Notes: a model not told the origin generated them from the letters alone. A DNA stretch of 63,701 nucleotides, filler included, from Reticulomyxa filosa (GCA_000512085.1; 22 parts of 22 records of this genome joined end to end with filler, not necessarily neighbours in it), one strand, 5' to 3'. Positions 1-14,177 are shown, numbered from the whole stretch's first letter. Program-made: numbers and translations.

Positions 1-334
1 TGATGATGAGTCTGTTTTCTTAATGTTCAATAGATTTTCCATGGTGATATTTGTTTTTTTCGAAAATGAAGTTGAATTTTAGAAATGAGTTTTTCTTTGT
101 CAGTTTTAAAGACTGATTGACCAAAAAAGATACACCAAAAAGAAAATGTAGCACAATGTCAAATAAAACTCTTCAAAGAGATGAATTCCTAATATACAGA
201 AGCACACAAAATATTTCAGAAAAAACTAGACTTGAAAGCAATGTGGCAATACAAAAGGCGGAGTATTGATATGTTTCGGAAAAAATATCGTACTTCTGTG
301 TTTAAAATAACAGACGTAAGCTGGTAAATATGTA

Positions 335-882
335 CTACTGAAGATAATCTGAACACAGCAGGAGGGGACAAGAAGGAAAAAAAAAATGATATTGATAATC
401 ATCAAAATGAAATTTGGCAAAGAGACTCCATCTGAATGATGATACTTCTAATATATCAAAGTTGGAACTGTCATTTCTGGTAGTTATTTTAAGTGAAAAG
501 AGGGAGAGATCACTAGCCACAAGGTGTTCAATACTAAGACGGACCACATTGTTGGTTATCATTCGTAAAGTCCTAATCCCAAGTGCTTGGATTGCAAATG
601 TTTTCGCGTTACATTTGATGGAGCAGCTCATCGACTTTTTTTCATTTCTTTTAAAGGCTTTAACGTATGCACTGCGATGACGCTTGACATATTTCACCAA
701 CCGATTCCAAAATGTTCCAATGTATTGAAAACTGATTTTTTTTCTTCTTGGCGCCACGTGATATATTTTTTTTGTTTTCGGGATGCTTGATCAGAATCAG
801 TACTTATTCCATCATTCAGAAGCCATTGTATTATTTCTTGATTTTTTACAAACCTTTTTTTTTGTTTTTCCCCTTTTTGCAA
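335..882 (-). pseudogene. Degraded fragment with a possible SANT/Myb-like (CHD-type) segment
   Basis: TWRQEEKKSVFNTLEHFGIGW* and, in another frame, RSAYVKAF loosely resemble a CHD SANT helix pattern. Interrupted by a stop and a frameshift. Confidence 0.25.
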
Positions 883-1589
883 TACATGACCGATGTTAAC
901 AGTTGGCCGATCAAACGGTCACAATTTTATTGTGTATTACAATGATGTGAACACTGCGAGGAAATAGAAGAAGAGAGACGTTCGCATTGTTCTGGTGGCA
1001 AGCTCGACAGCTGTGCCACTTCATTTTTTTTGGAACTGTTTTTGCAAAGGGTGTGTTTCAGTTGCCAACAACTCACTCTTGATTTTTCATTGCCGTTCAT
1101 ATGGATCATTCTTTTTTATACGTTTGTCGGGAGGTTGCTCTCTGCATTGACTGCTATCTTTTTTTGGTTTCCCTCCACAGTGGCCATAGACCACGACAAA
1201 TGCGATCGATGACATGGTAGTGTATTACATGGGTCGGTATACGTGACTTGATGTGGTTTGACACTCGAACTTTGAAATGAGAGTCATAAATGTGATGTGT
1301 GTTCAAATAGCAATTATATTCACCTTATCCAATTCGACAATATTTTTCAGTCCAACACAAATAATACTGAAAATTTTTTGTATTTGTACATTTGCTTGGG
1401 AATGACTAAAACAAATATTCTTTTTATCAATTTATTTTGAAATTCTTTTTTGCTGTCTATTGCTCAACTCAAACGTAATTCTTTGTTGAATTGACCGTTA
1501 AACAATTTTTTTTCTTAAAAAAGTGATTACAATAATTATTTTATAGTGACACATAGTTGATCAATAATATAGTTGGCACTTGTAAATTT

Positions 1590-1689
1590 NNNNNNNNNNN
1601 NNNNNNNNNNNNNNNNNNNNNNNNNNNNNNNNNTTAATTAATTAANNNNNNNNNNNNNNNNNNNNNNNNNNNNNNNNNNNNNNNNNNNN
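1590..1689. other. Artificial contig-joining spacer N44-TTAATTAATTAA-N44 (first of 21)
   Basis: Identical 100-nt spacer starts at 1590, 4228, 6201, 10335, 14363, 16957, 18483, 20346, 31669, 33172, 34294, 35886, 43357, 44852, 46605, 50241, 52792, 55166, 57125, 58225 and 62551. The 12-mer gives stops in all six frames. Confidence 0.98.
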
Positions 1690-2115
1690 AAAATTGAATA
1701 ATGTAGCATTACATCCAAACTCTTTAAATTTGTGTATCAAAGATTTCAAATAATATGAATTATTTAAATAATCCTTCATTTCTTTTATCTTTTGTCTCTA
1801 TGATTGTGTTTTCCTCTTTGCCAATTGATTTTCGAATTACTGATGACAAATCACAGTTAATTCATCAATAAGATTCCTTATTGTTCGGTTTTTCACGTAA
1901 TTACAATGATGGTGATTACCAACATGATGTCGATTGTTATGTTTGTTTAAATATTGTTTGAGATATTGTTTTTCAATCACCAAAGCATCTTGATGATCTT
2001 CATGCTCATTACAAGTTAATTCAATTGCATTGTACGCAATTTGTTCACAATAAGCATTAAGGGTGCAATTCATTTAACAACGCTGTACACTCTTTGCCAT
2101 AACATTCTTTGAATG
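1690..2115 (-). pseudogene. RING-like/TRAF zinc-finger family pseudogene
   Basis: KECYGKEC.. (frameshift) CEQIAYNAIELTCNEHEDH...YLKQYL...HHHCNYVKNRTIRNLIDELTVICHQ* then KIKEMKDYLNNS...KFKEFGC. In-frame stops and lost Cys residues. Confidence 0.6.
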
Positions 2116-4327
2116 TGTTTGTCTTTTCTTGGTCTTCTTTTAGTCCAAGCACTAACTTCTTCTTTTTAAAAAGTTTAAATTTAATGGAGTGGATTTTTTA
2201 AATAAAAGTCAGAGTAAAAAAAAACAGTACTTTTTGAATGGGATCAAATGAACACAAATATGCTTTCTTGAACAAAAGAACCAAAATTTACCAATACCAT
2301 TGTGTTGAAGTTTGGTTAGAGTAGTATTTTTCAATCTCTTTTGTTTTCTCTATTGAGATCGCTTTGAATGTTAGATAAGAAAATTGATTGTACTTTTTTC
2401 TTCAGAGACTAATAAAAGATCAACAACACTTTAAAGAAGGCGAATTGTTTTACAAAAAATAACTACTAACAGTGGAAACAAATAGCAAATTAGAATTCAT
2501 TTATATCTTTTTTTTTCTTGCACAATTTCATAAAAACTCTTTAAACAATTTTGCTCAAAGCAGCAACCTAATTTGTTTTTATTTTTTATATATAATTTCA
2601 AATACATAAGCACAAAATAATAATCAATTTTTTTTTATTGCACTTTGGAAAAAATAAAATAAGCATAAAATAATAAAAAAATAAAAAGAAATATTTTGTT
2701 CAATGCGGCGCAAATGGGTGACGCATGTATTAAACTTTTTCTTTTTCGCTTTTTCATTCTTTTATTCTTATTTTTATTTTTTTAATGTGTAAGCTATTAA
2801 TTTGACCTTAAATAACATTGTAACAGTCAAAGTGATTGACGTCAAGTTTTTGTTTTTTTGCTTCAAATATCTATTTTGCTAAATATCAAATTGAGCTTAA
2901 TAATTGTGCATATCGACAAGTAGAATTTAAATAAATAGCAACACCCACATTTCAAATATTGTGACCACATTTCGATCAATACCTTGTTGGAATTATTTGG
3001 ACCCAGTCCGCCAAACTATTTCTGAACAAAATGAATCTAGTGTTATTATATCGCCTGACAAGTGTTTATACAATTTCAGTTGTGTTTGTTCCAGTTGTTT
3101 CCATAGCATAAATGTTCTGAAAACAAGTTTCAAAAAGAAAAGAAAAGAATAACAATAATTACAACAAAACAAAGAAAAAGTAAAACAAGATAGAAAGTGA
3201 TTTATGTTTGTGAAAAAAGTTTAGGGCTTCAAAGTTCTCTTAGAACTTTGCATTCATAATAGGGGCTTACCCTACGTGGTAATCTTCAATTCGCTATTTT
3301 CAAAACATTATACATCAAAAGACATCTTTTCCTATTCTGATTTTTGTCTGTAAAATTTACATTTTCATTATTAAGAGACTTTAAGTAACATTATTGGAGA
3401 ACAATTAATATTTATGTCATATTTGTTAATTAACCACAATCACAAACAACAAATCCAAGCAGAAACCTTGTTTAAAAAAAATCATCAATAGAACAAGAGG
3501 AAAGACGTTTTGTTCTAATCCCCGTCTTTCATTTTGAACAATCTTAAAGAGTTTCATATCTTCCAAAGACAATAATGTACAAATATACATTTATAATGGC
3601 TCAATGCAATGGAGAGTATAAACTACGTCGAATAACTTTTCAAACAAAAGTTGCCAACCAGTCACTTTGAAATGCGATTATAAGTCCAAAAAAAAATATT
3701 GGACGCAATTTTCTCTTATGTCTTTTTGTATTTGGATAGATGGAAGGCCATGATCTTCATGAAACTCTCTGTTGCCTTATTCCCTAAAGCGAGCAATCTT
3801 GCATCTTTTTTGATCTGATGATAGAGCCAAAGCGCAGTCGATATTCTCAAGCAGGTCCAAGGGACGGTTGATAAGGTCGTTCTTTGATTCAATCGCATGA
3901 CTCGCCAGTGCCTCCCACTCACTAAAATCATCCGTCAAATTGCCTATCCAAATCATATATATTATTTTTTTTTGTAAAGTAAAAAAAAAAAAAGACGAGT
4001 ATACGCAGGCACTTTGGAGTGATGCTGTTGTACACTCCGAAGTAGATGAAAAAGCAATAGATTTTAAAAAGAGTGTTTTTTTGTTTTGTTTGGAGGGGTT
4101 GATAGAACTGTAATCCAATAGTCCGCAAATCCATACACATTGTGAAGCTTTTTTGTCTCTTGAGTGATCAGTTCACGTCTCTTTTTGAAAAAAGCGTCGA
4201 GCTTGTCTTTATATTTGTAAAGCTGGTNNNNNNNNNNNNNNNNNNNNNNNNNNNNNNNNNNNNNNNNNNNNTTAATTAATTAANNNNNNNNNNNNNNNNN
4301 NNNNNNNNNNNNNNNNNNNNNNNNNNN

Positions 4328-5100
4328 GAACGAAATGTGGCCGTTTGTCCAAAGCGAGATTTCCTTCTTTAGGCACACGCTCCAAAATGGTTGCTATTGT
4401 TCTCAAAGTCACCAGTAAGTATTAATGCCATTTGTTTGTTCGATTCCATTTGTTACTTTTCCAAAGGAAGGAAATTCTTTTTGTCCAGCTTTTTCATTGT
4501 CGAATTTGTCTCCTTGATCAATAGCAATTTTGAGAATGATTTCTGGATTTCATAAAGGTTTGAATAAATCCACAACCGTATCTGTAGTTGCCTCATCAAG
4601 TTCTGGATTGTTTGGGTCAAAGCCATTGAGCAATTTTATTTTTTTCTGCTAAAATGTTAAACAACGCCGAAGTTGTCATCATTAAATCCACAAAATAATT
4701 TCTCCAATTGTTTGGAAGTCGCTCCAAACATTTGAGTTAGCCTATCTTCTATTTTTGATATCCATGGCTCCGTTTCATGGGATAGCGAAGTACATTATGA
4801 TATCAATTGTTTTTCAAAGCGATTTAAAAATGCAATTGGCATCTCAGGTGCGTATACTATATTTTTATTCACAATCACGATGCATTTGAACTCGTCCTTT
4901 ACAAAGCAATCTTTGCTCTCGCTTCCTAGAGCCACTCGATAATATACACATTATACACATAAATAGATTGTCGTTTTTTTTAGTTTTTACCAGATGGTTT
5001 TTTTTGATATCTTTGATTAAGTATATCACATAAATTGAATCCAACTTATACAAAATGACTCTTTTCCCAGTGTCCATACAATTAATAACTTTGACCATCT
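4328..5100 (-). pseudogene. RNF213/mysterin-like AAA+ module fragment, disrupted
   Basis: KVINCMDTGKRVILYKLDSIY and YRVALGSESKDCFVKDEFKCIVIVNKNIVYAPEMPIAFLNRFEKQLI match the RNF213 pattern as recalled (KICMETGKMVLLLNLQNLY ... LGLGTHRVKCRVHPNFRLIVIEEKDVVYKHFPIPLINRLEKHYL). In-frame TAA at 4795-4797 and a downstream frameshift. Confidence 0.7.
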
Positions 5101-5166
5101 GGAAAATATTTCATATCATTTATAATACCTGAATGTCCTTCCAATATCGTAAATCATCAAATAATT

Positions 5167-5397
5167 AATGTAATATGCTCTGGATCAGTAGATACTACAA
5201 TTCATTTTTCTGATATTCGATCAAGTAAGAATGAGTTGTACATGATTAATAAAGAAAAAAAGAAGATAATGAATGACAATGAAATAAGATGTCTTACATT
5301 TGTATCATTGCAAAAGAAAGGAAAGAACAATGAGCAAACATTAGATGACTGTAGCATTAATTTATTATGGTTCAGTCAATCTCATTTGCGTTTGAGA
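5167..5397 (+). pseudogene. WD40-family 3' remnant
   Basis: NVICSGSVDTTIHFSDIRSSKNELYMI matches the C-terminal repeat of the WD40 genes at 12822 and 17996. It is followed by stops and has no 5' part. Confidence 0.75.
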
Positions 5398-5907
5398 TGA
5401 ACACAATTAATCATTTTTTTTTTGAAAAGACATTGATAAAATTTGTTTTCTCTAGTTTTTCATTTTAGAATTTGGAGTGTTTTTTTTTAATTAGAGCTTT
5501 AAGAAATCTAAAAAGTAATAAAAAATTTAATTTGCACAATTTGAACTGCTTTTGGATTAATTTACTTCAAATCAACATTTGATGGATACAATTAATATCA
5601 ATCTAAATGCAATTTGTTCTTTAAAAAACATCTCACACTTAGGAGATAAATACACGTAATCAGATCTTGTTATAAATAAAACAAAATGTGTGGTATTCCT
5701 CAAAGCACATCAATAAAAAAGATACTATCAATATATTTACTAAACCATAACATAAAATAGATTTTTTGAAAACTATAACGAAGTTTACCAATTTTGACTG
5801 CGTTGAAACTTGTCTTTCATTTTTAAGCAGATTGTCAACTTGTCGTATCCAAATTTCGTTCTTAAAAAAGGGGTTGTCAGAACACTTCAAAAAAAAGCAC
5901 ATCTGAC

Positions 5908-6200
5908 ATGTCTGCTCAACTCAACAACAGTTTTCAAATTTTGCCTGAATTACCCAAGCCATTCCTAACTCCACAATGTCTTTTGTTCAAGGATGAACTC
6001 CTTGTTTGTGGAAGCTTTACAACTAACGACTGTTATTCCTATCATACTCTGAAAAAACAATACAAGTACATCTGCTCTTATCCTAATGATGTTCGATTAC
6101 TTGGACATTGTGTTGTACAATTGACTGATTCACAAACCAATTCCAATGAAATTCACTTATTATCATTTGGAGGACAAGATAAAAATGAAAAGAAACAAAC
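5908..6200 (+). CDS. Kelch-like beta-propeller protein, 5' part (truncated by contig end)
   Basis: FQILPELPKPFLTPQCLLFKDELLVCG...CYSYHTLKKQYKYICSYP...GHCVV...LLSFGG, Kelch-type blades. Confidence 0.75.
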
Positions 6201-9200
6201 NNNNNNNNNNNNNNNNNNNNNNNNNNNNNNNNNNNNNNNNNNNNTTAATTAATTAANNNNNNNNNNNNNNNNNNNNNNNNNNNNNNNNNNNNNNNNNNNN
6301 TATCCAATCAGCTGCAATTGCTGGCACAAAATGTGACTGCAAGCCCGTCGTTTTCTTTCCATTGGCCAAGCCCTACCTTTAATGATAGAAGCGCTATTAG
6401 CGCAAATGAGGAAATTGGGTGACAACGCATCCGACAAACAAGTTGGTCGTGGTACCCATTCTCATTTATGCAACTTAGTGCTATATCAACAAAGGTGCGC
6501 TCTCATATGGCACTTAGCCTCAACACAAGATTGCAGTCAATTGACAAAATCGCATTGCAAAATTATCTCATTGCTCCAAATCAAATCCAAATACTTACAT
6601 CCAACTAAGCAAATCATTCACTAGCACAATGTTTGGATATTCACTCACATTGACAATCAACAAGACGTCGGCGAGATCATGGATTATACCAAGTTATTTT
6701 TATTTATTTTTTTTTTGTTTCTGTTGAATAATACACATTGCCTTTTGTGTACAGAAAACACTTATGAAGTTCAGCGATCGCAAACAGTGTGGGGCAAGTC
6801 GTTGTTGGAATTGGAGGACTTCGAGGATGAAAAACAATATTACTAATTACTATTATTGTCTGCAATGCGAGATTTGCTGCAAAACACCAGCAGAAGGTAA
6901 GTCTTTTGTTTCTCTTTTATGTTCAATTTGTAACTACTGTTTGTGCGCTTGTTTTCAATAGGATCACCAATTGTAACGAAAAAAAGAAGAAGAATGTGGG
7001 GTAGAAACCATCCCCGTCTCCGCAAGGAGAAATTCAGGTTTGTTCTATTTATTTGTGTTTTTTTTATATATCCAAATGTTGTATGTTGTATAATATAGGT
7101 TCCCCCGTACCGCCAAATTAACATTATGTTCCCCCCTCCCTAAACGTACACACAAAAAAAAATGGGGTTGAAGTCTACCTCGTTTGTGAAAAAAACAAAA
7201 AAGGTTTGTATATGTTTTGTTTGTTTATATATGTACATATATCAACTTGTTATAAAATGTGTTTGTGCTTGTCATTGAACAGGAATTCCCCCGATGGAAA
7301 ATCTATATTTGTATATTTGTATGTTTGTATATTTATTTATCCCATCCCTCAAATAAAAAACAAAATCATGTGAAGTGTTTTATCATAGGAAAGAGACATT
7401 TTTATTGGACAATCATCAACTAATAACAGTTATAAATATATTTTTGTTTGTTCTTTAAAAAATTATAAATTTTAACTTTGTTTGTGTTTGTATAGGATCA
7501 GGTACAACAGGAAGCACTTTAGGTATATGTGTAAGTTGGGAAAAAAATTGATTGATAAGGGGGGAGGGGGGGTTTAGAAAAAAAAGGGGGTAATACAAAT
7601 AAAATAAGATGATAAAAAAAAAAAGATAGAAATAAAAAAAATGTAATAATAAAAAAAAGATGGAATAATAAAGAAAAAAAAATGGATAAAAAAAAAGAAC
7701 AAGAAAAAAAAGAACATTTTTATAAGAAAAAAGAATAAGAAATAAAATAAGAAATGAAGGAAAAAATAATAATGATAATAAAGAAAAAAAAAAAGAACAA
7801 AGAAAGACAAAAAAAAAATACAAGTGAAATATCAATTTTTAATTTTTTTTTAATTGGAAAGTTAAGTGATTTATTTTTTTTTTGTGTTTGTCAAAAAGAA
7901 CAAATTTGAAATATTTATCACATCATAGAAATTCAACTGCACGTTAGATTGGTGTTTGTTTTCTTTGCGCGTGATTCGATGTGTGGGGATATCAAGTAAA
8001 CTATTGGCAAAAGTGAGCAAGCGTGTACATAATGATAATGTCAATGCTATCAACATTTGCGTCCAATCAAACTCTAATCAATTGGTCCACTTTTGTGCGT
8101 TGACATCTGGAACATATCAATGCAGAGTAATGAATATATATTATGCAGCTCCTGTGGATATATGTAATTCCATTTATTTTTTAATATCGGCATCCAACAA
8201 TACGCTGTCGGCAGCATTTCGAATGATGTGATCACATAAAAGCTTCGTATCTAAAAAAAAATCATCACATTTATCACAATAACAGTCTCATAATCCAATT
8301 CCATGATCAAAAATCCACATAGATATTCGCATCGAACAACTTACGCATCCAAGTCATTTCCAGAATTGTCCAAAGAGTCCAGATGTATCTATTCTCGATT
8401 AGGTGGATTTGTGCAAGCTCGAGCAAGCAGTTACATTTTTCTTTCTTTAATAATTTTCAATTGTGTGTTATTCCTGTGCATATATGTGTATGTATAGATT
8501 TGATACAATAGAAAACGTTGTCCAAGTGAAATCGTTAAATATTGTTAATCACTTACTCAAAGCAGAGCTAGTGCATAATACGTATTCTATCTCTGATCGT
8601 ATTTTAACTGAGTCGAAGGCGATGGCATTTGCACTATGTATGAGTTAAATATTGAACATGGCCTCAGAAAAATGAATCTGAACAAGGTTCAGCAGTCATT
8701 GTGTTGGCTCCACAAATTCGCCAACTGGCATTTGAGAAATAATTTAAATTGCGTTGCCTGGTCTTAAAGTGTAACCCGTGCTACGAGTCACCAAAGATAA
8801 CCAAGACGATGTGGATCCAAATGCAGTGCAACTGTGTCGTTATCAAACTCGATATTCTTTTGGTATATGGCAATCAAAATTCAAAAGTGTTTTGTTGTAG
8901 GCTTACAAGTCAATATATGCAATATACAATATATCAATCCAGGAGAGATAACGTTACCAGAGTTGTAATGAATATAAATGTGAGAGACAAAGAATAAGAA
9001 TAAATGCATATTCCGTGGCCACTTCTCATGTGACAGCAATCCTGTTATTATTTAAATTCAAAGCCTACAAATGCAATGATCAATCATGGTACTCCTATTT
9101 CCAGGTGTATATTTTATTCTTATCATGTTTGCAGTTTGTTGTAATATACCTTAATCAAGACAATGTAAATATGAACCTTTTCATTGTACAGTGAATTATA

Positions 9201-11959
9201 TTTGGCTCCCGATATCGACACGCTGAATGTGAATGGAGACATTTCCAATATACAACTGGTATGACTTGATTTGGTGCAAGATATTAAAGCTGTGATATAT
9301 TGCAATTTGATTACAAAAGGACCATTGATATCATCATCAAAGAAGATTGGCAGGAAATGATTGAATTGATTATTTCATTCTATGATGGAATGCCTTTGAG
9401 AGTAGATTGAGGTTAAAGACATTGATTATTTTGTCTTTCTTTCTAAATCATTTGAATTAATCGTTGCTTGTTGTTCTTGTTTTACAACAGCTAGAATATG
9501 CCAAGTCCGCTGGTGGTGTATGTGCTGGAACTGTAAATAAAGAAGAAGGGGGGTGGTACATAAATACAGAAGCAAGCACTGCTGTCTTGATTGGAACGGA
9601 GGCGCTAGAAAAAAAAAAATTTACGTACAAACGATATGAAGAATATAATAATATAGTGACCTCCTCCATAATAAACAGCAAATAGTTTCAATTTGAAGGG
9701 CATATGAAGATATTGAATCGGAAAACAATATCGGGAATAACACATCCAATCAATCAAATACAAACTTGGTGGGGGCCTTTTCCAATGCGATATTCAAGCC
9801 AAGAAAATACAAACTCTCAATACCACATCCTGTCCTTGGTAGTAATACCTGCGTTCTCAAGGATCACTCCGTTTCGCAGATACATGGACAGTCCTGCCAT
9901 CTAAACACGAACGAGATCATTCCACATTTGAAACAATGCCGGTTCCCTGCATAGAGACAAGGCGACTATTCAACACATTAGACAATGACCAAATCATTGT
10001 ATTTAATGTGAATAAAAATAAGGCCAAATACTGCCTTCATCGATTGTTATTTCCATCATTGTGAATACTACGCGATGTGTGAGTGTGACCGTGTTCGTAA
10101 TCCATTCAGTTTGTTTTCTACTAACAACGCTTCATCGTGTGCGTCCATGTTGTGTCCGTTTGCCGGTACCGTCACACGCGCCCAGTCTTCTGTTGGACAG
10201 TTTTGCACTTGATTGCACCAAATGCAATGGTTGTCTGAATGGTATGTGATCATGTCGCCAGTCGTACACACAACCAAAGTGATACACAATAACGTCCACC
10301 ACAATGACACGCTCTTTTTCATCATTTTTTTTTTNNNNNNNNNNNNNNNNNNNNNNNNNNNNNNNNNNNNNNNNNNNNTTAATTAATTAANNNNNNNNNN
10401 NNNNNNNNNNNNNNNNNNNNNNNNNNNNNNNNNNAACTTTCAAAAAATTTCGATTTCAAGTTAAACTTTAATTCCAAGACAAGAAATACCAGTACAAGAC
10501 GCACGAAGCAAGAGGATGATGAGTAAGAGTGAGCGTGTGTGATAAAAGAAAGCAAATACAACCTTTGTGATGACTTTTTTTTTGTCAAGTGTTTAACCAA
10601 TGTTTTTTGTGTTCGGTGACGGCCATTTTTTTTTTTTGTGGTCGGGTTGGTTATGGAAGCGTGTTTTTTTTTTCGTTGTATTCTCCCTTCTTTAAGGGAA
10701 GCAAAATTGTGAGAACTTGTATTTTTGTTGCTGTTGTTGAAAATTTTTTCTCAAAGTAAAGTCGGGTTCGTGTTGCTGGATACGGATGCAAATGGGTCCT
10801 TTTTCGTTTCTTTCGGTGAGCCCCTTTGGAAGAGTTTAAGATTCCCGTTTTCTTTTTGAAAATAGGGTTTTTAACTAGTCTTCAAAAAGTATACATTTTT
10901 TAGTTTCGATGCGTCTGTTTTTTGCTTCGGGTCAGTCAAACCTAAAGAAAGAAATCGTCTTTTGGAAATACAGAAGGCGTATTCACTTAGACAAGATGGG
11001 CTCACATCTTTTGAATACGAACTGATAAATATTGGGCAATTACATAAATATAAGTGGCATTTTAAAAAGTGGTGTTATGAATAGGTTCAGATTGACTGTA
11101 CACTCTAAATGATGGATTAGTAATTATTTAATTACGAATTCATGACACAAGACTACGAGTAATTGAATTAGAACAATAATAAAGATGTTAGAGTTGCAGT
11201 AGCAAAACATCGTATTTAATTCCGCTAATACCAAGATGAACTATTAAAATCAAAATATATAAAATTTCTTATATAATTTTAAATCGTGTGTCTCTGGAAG
11301 AATGATGTAAACATGTGAAATCAATGCTTCACTATAAATCTACTTGTACAATCGATCTTGCAATACTTCAAATTGTAATTTGTAATTGTTTGTCTTTGTG
11401 ATGAGCAGAGGCGGGCATTACACAATTCATTCCTAATCAAATTACGGCCGCTTTATTACTTTATGTTCATTACACTATTTTGGTGTAATAATTTGATTAG
11501 TATTTCTCCAGATGGGAATGATATTCCAACAAAGCAAAAATTTACCGATGTGAACAGAGAGTTATTGGACTAAAAAGTCAATTTTTTTCAAAAATAGATT
11601 TAAAAATGCTATAATTGTGTTAGTTTTGTAGTACTAATCATTATCAGAAATCCAAGTGAACCTCAGAACTCCCTTTATTCTGGTTCACACTCACTTCACT
11701 CCTCAGTCTTTTGTTCTTCTTACTTTTGCTTTTGTTTTATCATTATTTTCTCGTTATTTAACCAATTTCGTTTTGTTGAAAGTTTGCTCAGGCTGAAAAA
11801 AAAAGAACGGTATTAAAAAAAACAAAAAAAAGGACTGGAATGAAAAAACAAAAAAAATGCATTGACATGGAAAAAAAAAACAGATTATTCCAGTGGCTCC
11901 AACTTTTTGGTTTGCGGAGAGATGAAAGTTTGATATGAATTGCAGCAACAAACACTGTC

Positions 11960-12400
11960 TATGTTATACCGATTAGAAATTGCTTTGAGGAATAAGAATG
12001 AAGCCATTTGCATGAAAATATTGTAGCAATGAGTCTGATGGGAATATGATGAAGCCACAGATAGAATGTATTAAACCAACTGGCTCTTATGTTGAAGAAA
12101 GACAAAGATTGCTTGTATATTCGTCAAAACGTAATTTAGACACAGGGCTTGATGGCACTCGCATCGGTTACGAAAAGTGTGTTGGGAGAATAAATGGCTG
12201 CCTTTGAAAGATAAAGAATAGCTTGTTCGTTTGAAGACAGTAAAGAAGTTGAATATATTTAGTCCAGCAGCGACCGAGAACGTATTGAAAGGATTAACTA
12301 CTGCTACTGTTGTTTTAAATGATGAATATCATTATATTCGCAAAGAAGCAGCAGAGACGTTATGTTTAATCGGTAGAAAGAGAACATATATTGAACCCAA
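11960..12400 (+). pseudogene. HEAT-repeat (PBS-lyase-like) remnant
   Basis: VRLKTVKKLNIFSPAATENVLKGL...LNDEYHYIRKEAAETLCLIG fits the HEAT/PBS consensus. Upstream repeats are broken by stops. Confidence 0.55.
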
Positions 12401-12821
12401 TTTTACAATGCAAATCTTAAAAAATTGGACAAGCACGGAAATACAAGTTTTAGTGACTATTTTCGTAGGATCCATTTCTTCAGTTTGTGCTTTCATACTT
12501 GCCCCTCTATACTCACTATTCCAATATATCTTAAAATCTAATATTTCTATGATTTCTTCCTTGATAATTGCTCGGACTTGTAGTCGTCACTTACATAAGT
12601 TTTAATATAGCTATACTCTTTGTTGTTTGCAGCTCTGCTGACATTTTGCAAGTAAAATTTTATCAACAATTTTGTATTTTCCTTGTAATCGATGTATTTT
12701 TCATCTGTTTCACATTTTTGAAATTTTGAATGGTTGGTTTCTCTAAGAACTCTTGATAACCCTTTCATTGATTGAAGTTCAAATTTTTTCTATCTATATC
12801 AATCTAAGACTAGTTGAAAGA

Positions 12822-14177
12822 ATGAATACTCTTCTTGATGAAAAACAAACTTCAATGCAACTAGCATTGGTATGCTACATTTCAGTCCATAAGCTAATTA
12901 TTTTTAAGTTATTGTCGCTTGTCTGTGATTGAATCAGTTAAAAGAAGAAGAAGTGCAAATAATTATTCAATATTGGATTAGAATATTCAACATTACATTA
13001 GGGTGGATCGATAACTTTGACAAAATTGTCGTCAATTATGTTATGTTATTTGTCTTTCTTTTTAATTCAATGACAAATAAATGCTCAAATATTTATTTAT
13101 TTGTCATAGGCAATCACTATCTTCATATTCGATTCGTTCAGTTCATCATCTAAGTTACTCAAAACTTTCAATGGACATAATCATTGTGTGTTAAGTATTG
13201 ATTATTCAACCTTTGATGATGGTCAATTCATTTGTTCTGGATCATTAGATGACACTGTTCGAGTATGGGATGCTGAAACTACTAAACAAATTCAATCATT
13301 TAATGGACATTCAGATTATGTAACTTGTGTGAAATTTTCATCATTTCATTATTATAACCATCACTTCAATGTCATTTGTTCTTCATCAGCTGACAAAACT
13401 ATTCGTTTTTGGGATTTCAAAGATAATCAACAATTGCAAATATTTAATGGTCACACTGGTCGTGTTAGTGAAATTGTATTATCACCATTTAGTAGTGGTC
13501 GATATTTGTGTTCTGGATCTGAAGATAAAACAATTCGTTTATGGGATGTTAAGACATCCAAATCATTGCATGTATTTGGTGAACATAGCAGTATTTGTTG
13601 TTTGGATATTTCACCATTGCAAAGCAATAATGATAACGGAAACAAAAGTAACACTATTGGTGTGATTGGTGGTAATGGATATACAATTTGTTCTGGATTA
13701 TCAGATTATACTGTTTGCGCATGGGATATTGAAACAACCAAAAAATTGACTACATACTATGGACATGAAAATTATGTGAGAAGCATAAAATATGGACCAG
13801 GTGAATTAAGAAATACGATATTGTCTGGATCATATGATAAAAGTGTTCGTCTGTGGGACATTCGAACTGGTCACCAAATTGGAGAATTCAGTGGACATAC
13901 AAGTTATGTATTTTCTGTTGAATATTCACCATTTGTAGTAAATAGTAATGAAATTAGTGGTATTTCAAATGTAATATGTTCTGGATCATGGGATGATACA
14001 ATTCGTTTTTGGGATATTCGATCAAATAGGCAATTGTATGTAATCAAAGGAGATGATGGTGCAATATATAGTATTAAATTCCTACGTTTAAAAAATAAAA
14101 AGAAAAGAGAAATTAGTGATAGTATTAATTTATGTTACGGTTCACGAAAAGGTGTTGTTCATGTTTGGGGAGAGTAA
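12822..14177 (+). CDS. WD40-repeat protein, 3 exons (12822-12869, 12938-13039, 13110-14177)
   Basis: Phase-0 GT-AG introns join MNTLLDEKQTSMQLAL|LKEEEVQIIIQYWIR...VVNY|AITIFIFDSF... to about seven GH...CSGS.D.TIR.WD repeats with no interruption. Confidence 0.92.

Noticed and set aside
1634-1645. Recurring TTAATTAATTAA as a biological repeat or CRISPR-like array
   Set aside because: Always embedded in an identical N44 context, so it is an assembly spacer.
4795-4797. Stop-codon reassignment (TAA/TGA read-through) explaining in-frame stops
   Set aside because: Stops co-occur with frameshifts and deletions, and intact genes (GT4, SMC3, WD40) are open under the standard code and end in TAA, TAG or TGA.
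7100-7860. Hydrophobic 'membrane protein' ORFs at 7455-7835
   Set aside because: Derived from A-run-rich, low-quality-looking sequence with no credible coding signal.
7900-10330. Degraded minus-strand gene beginning with a signal-peptide-like MMKKSVSLWWTLLCITLVVC
   Set aside because: Many stops in all frames and no recognisable family, so no product can be supported.
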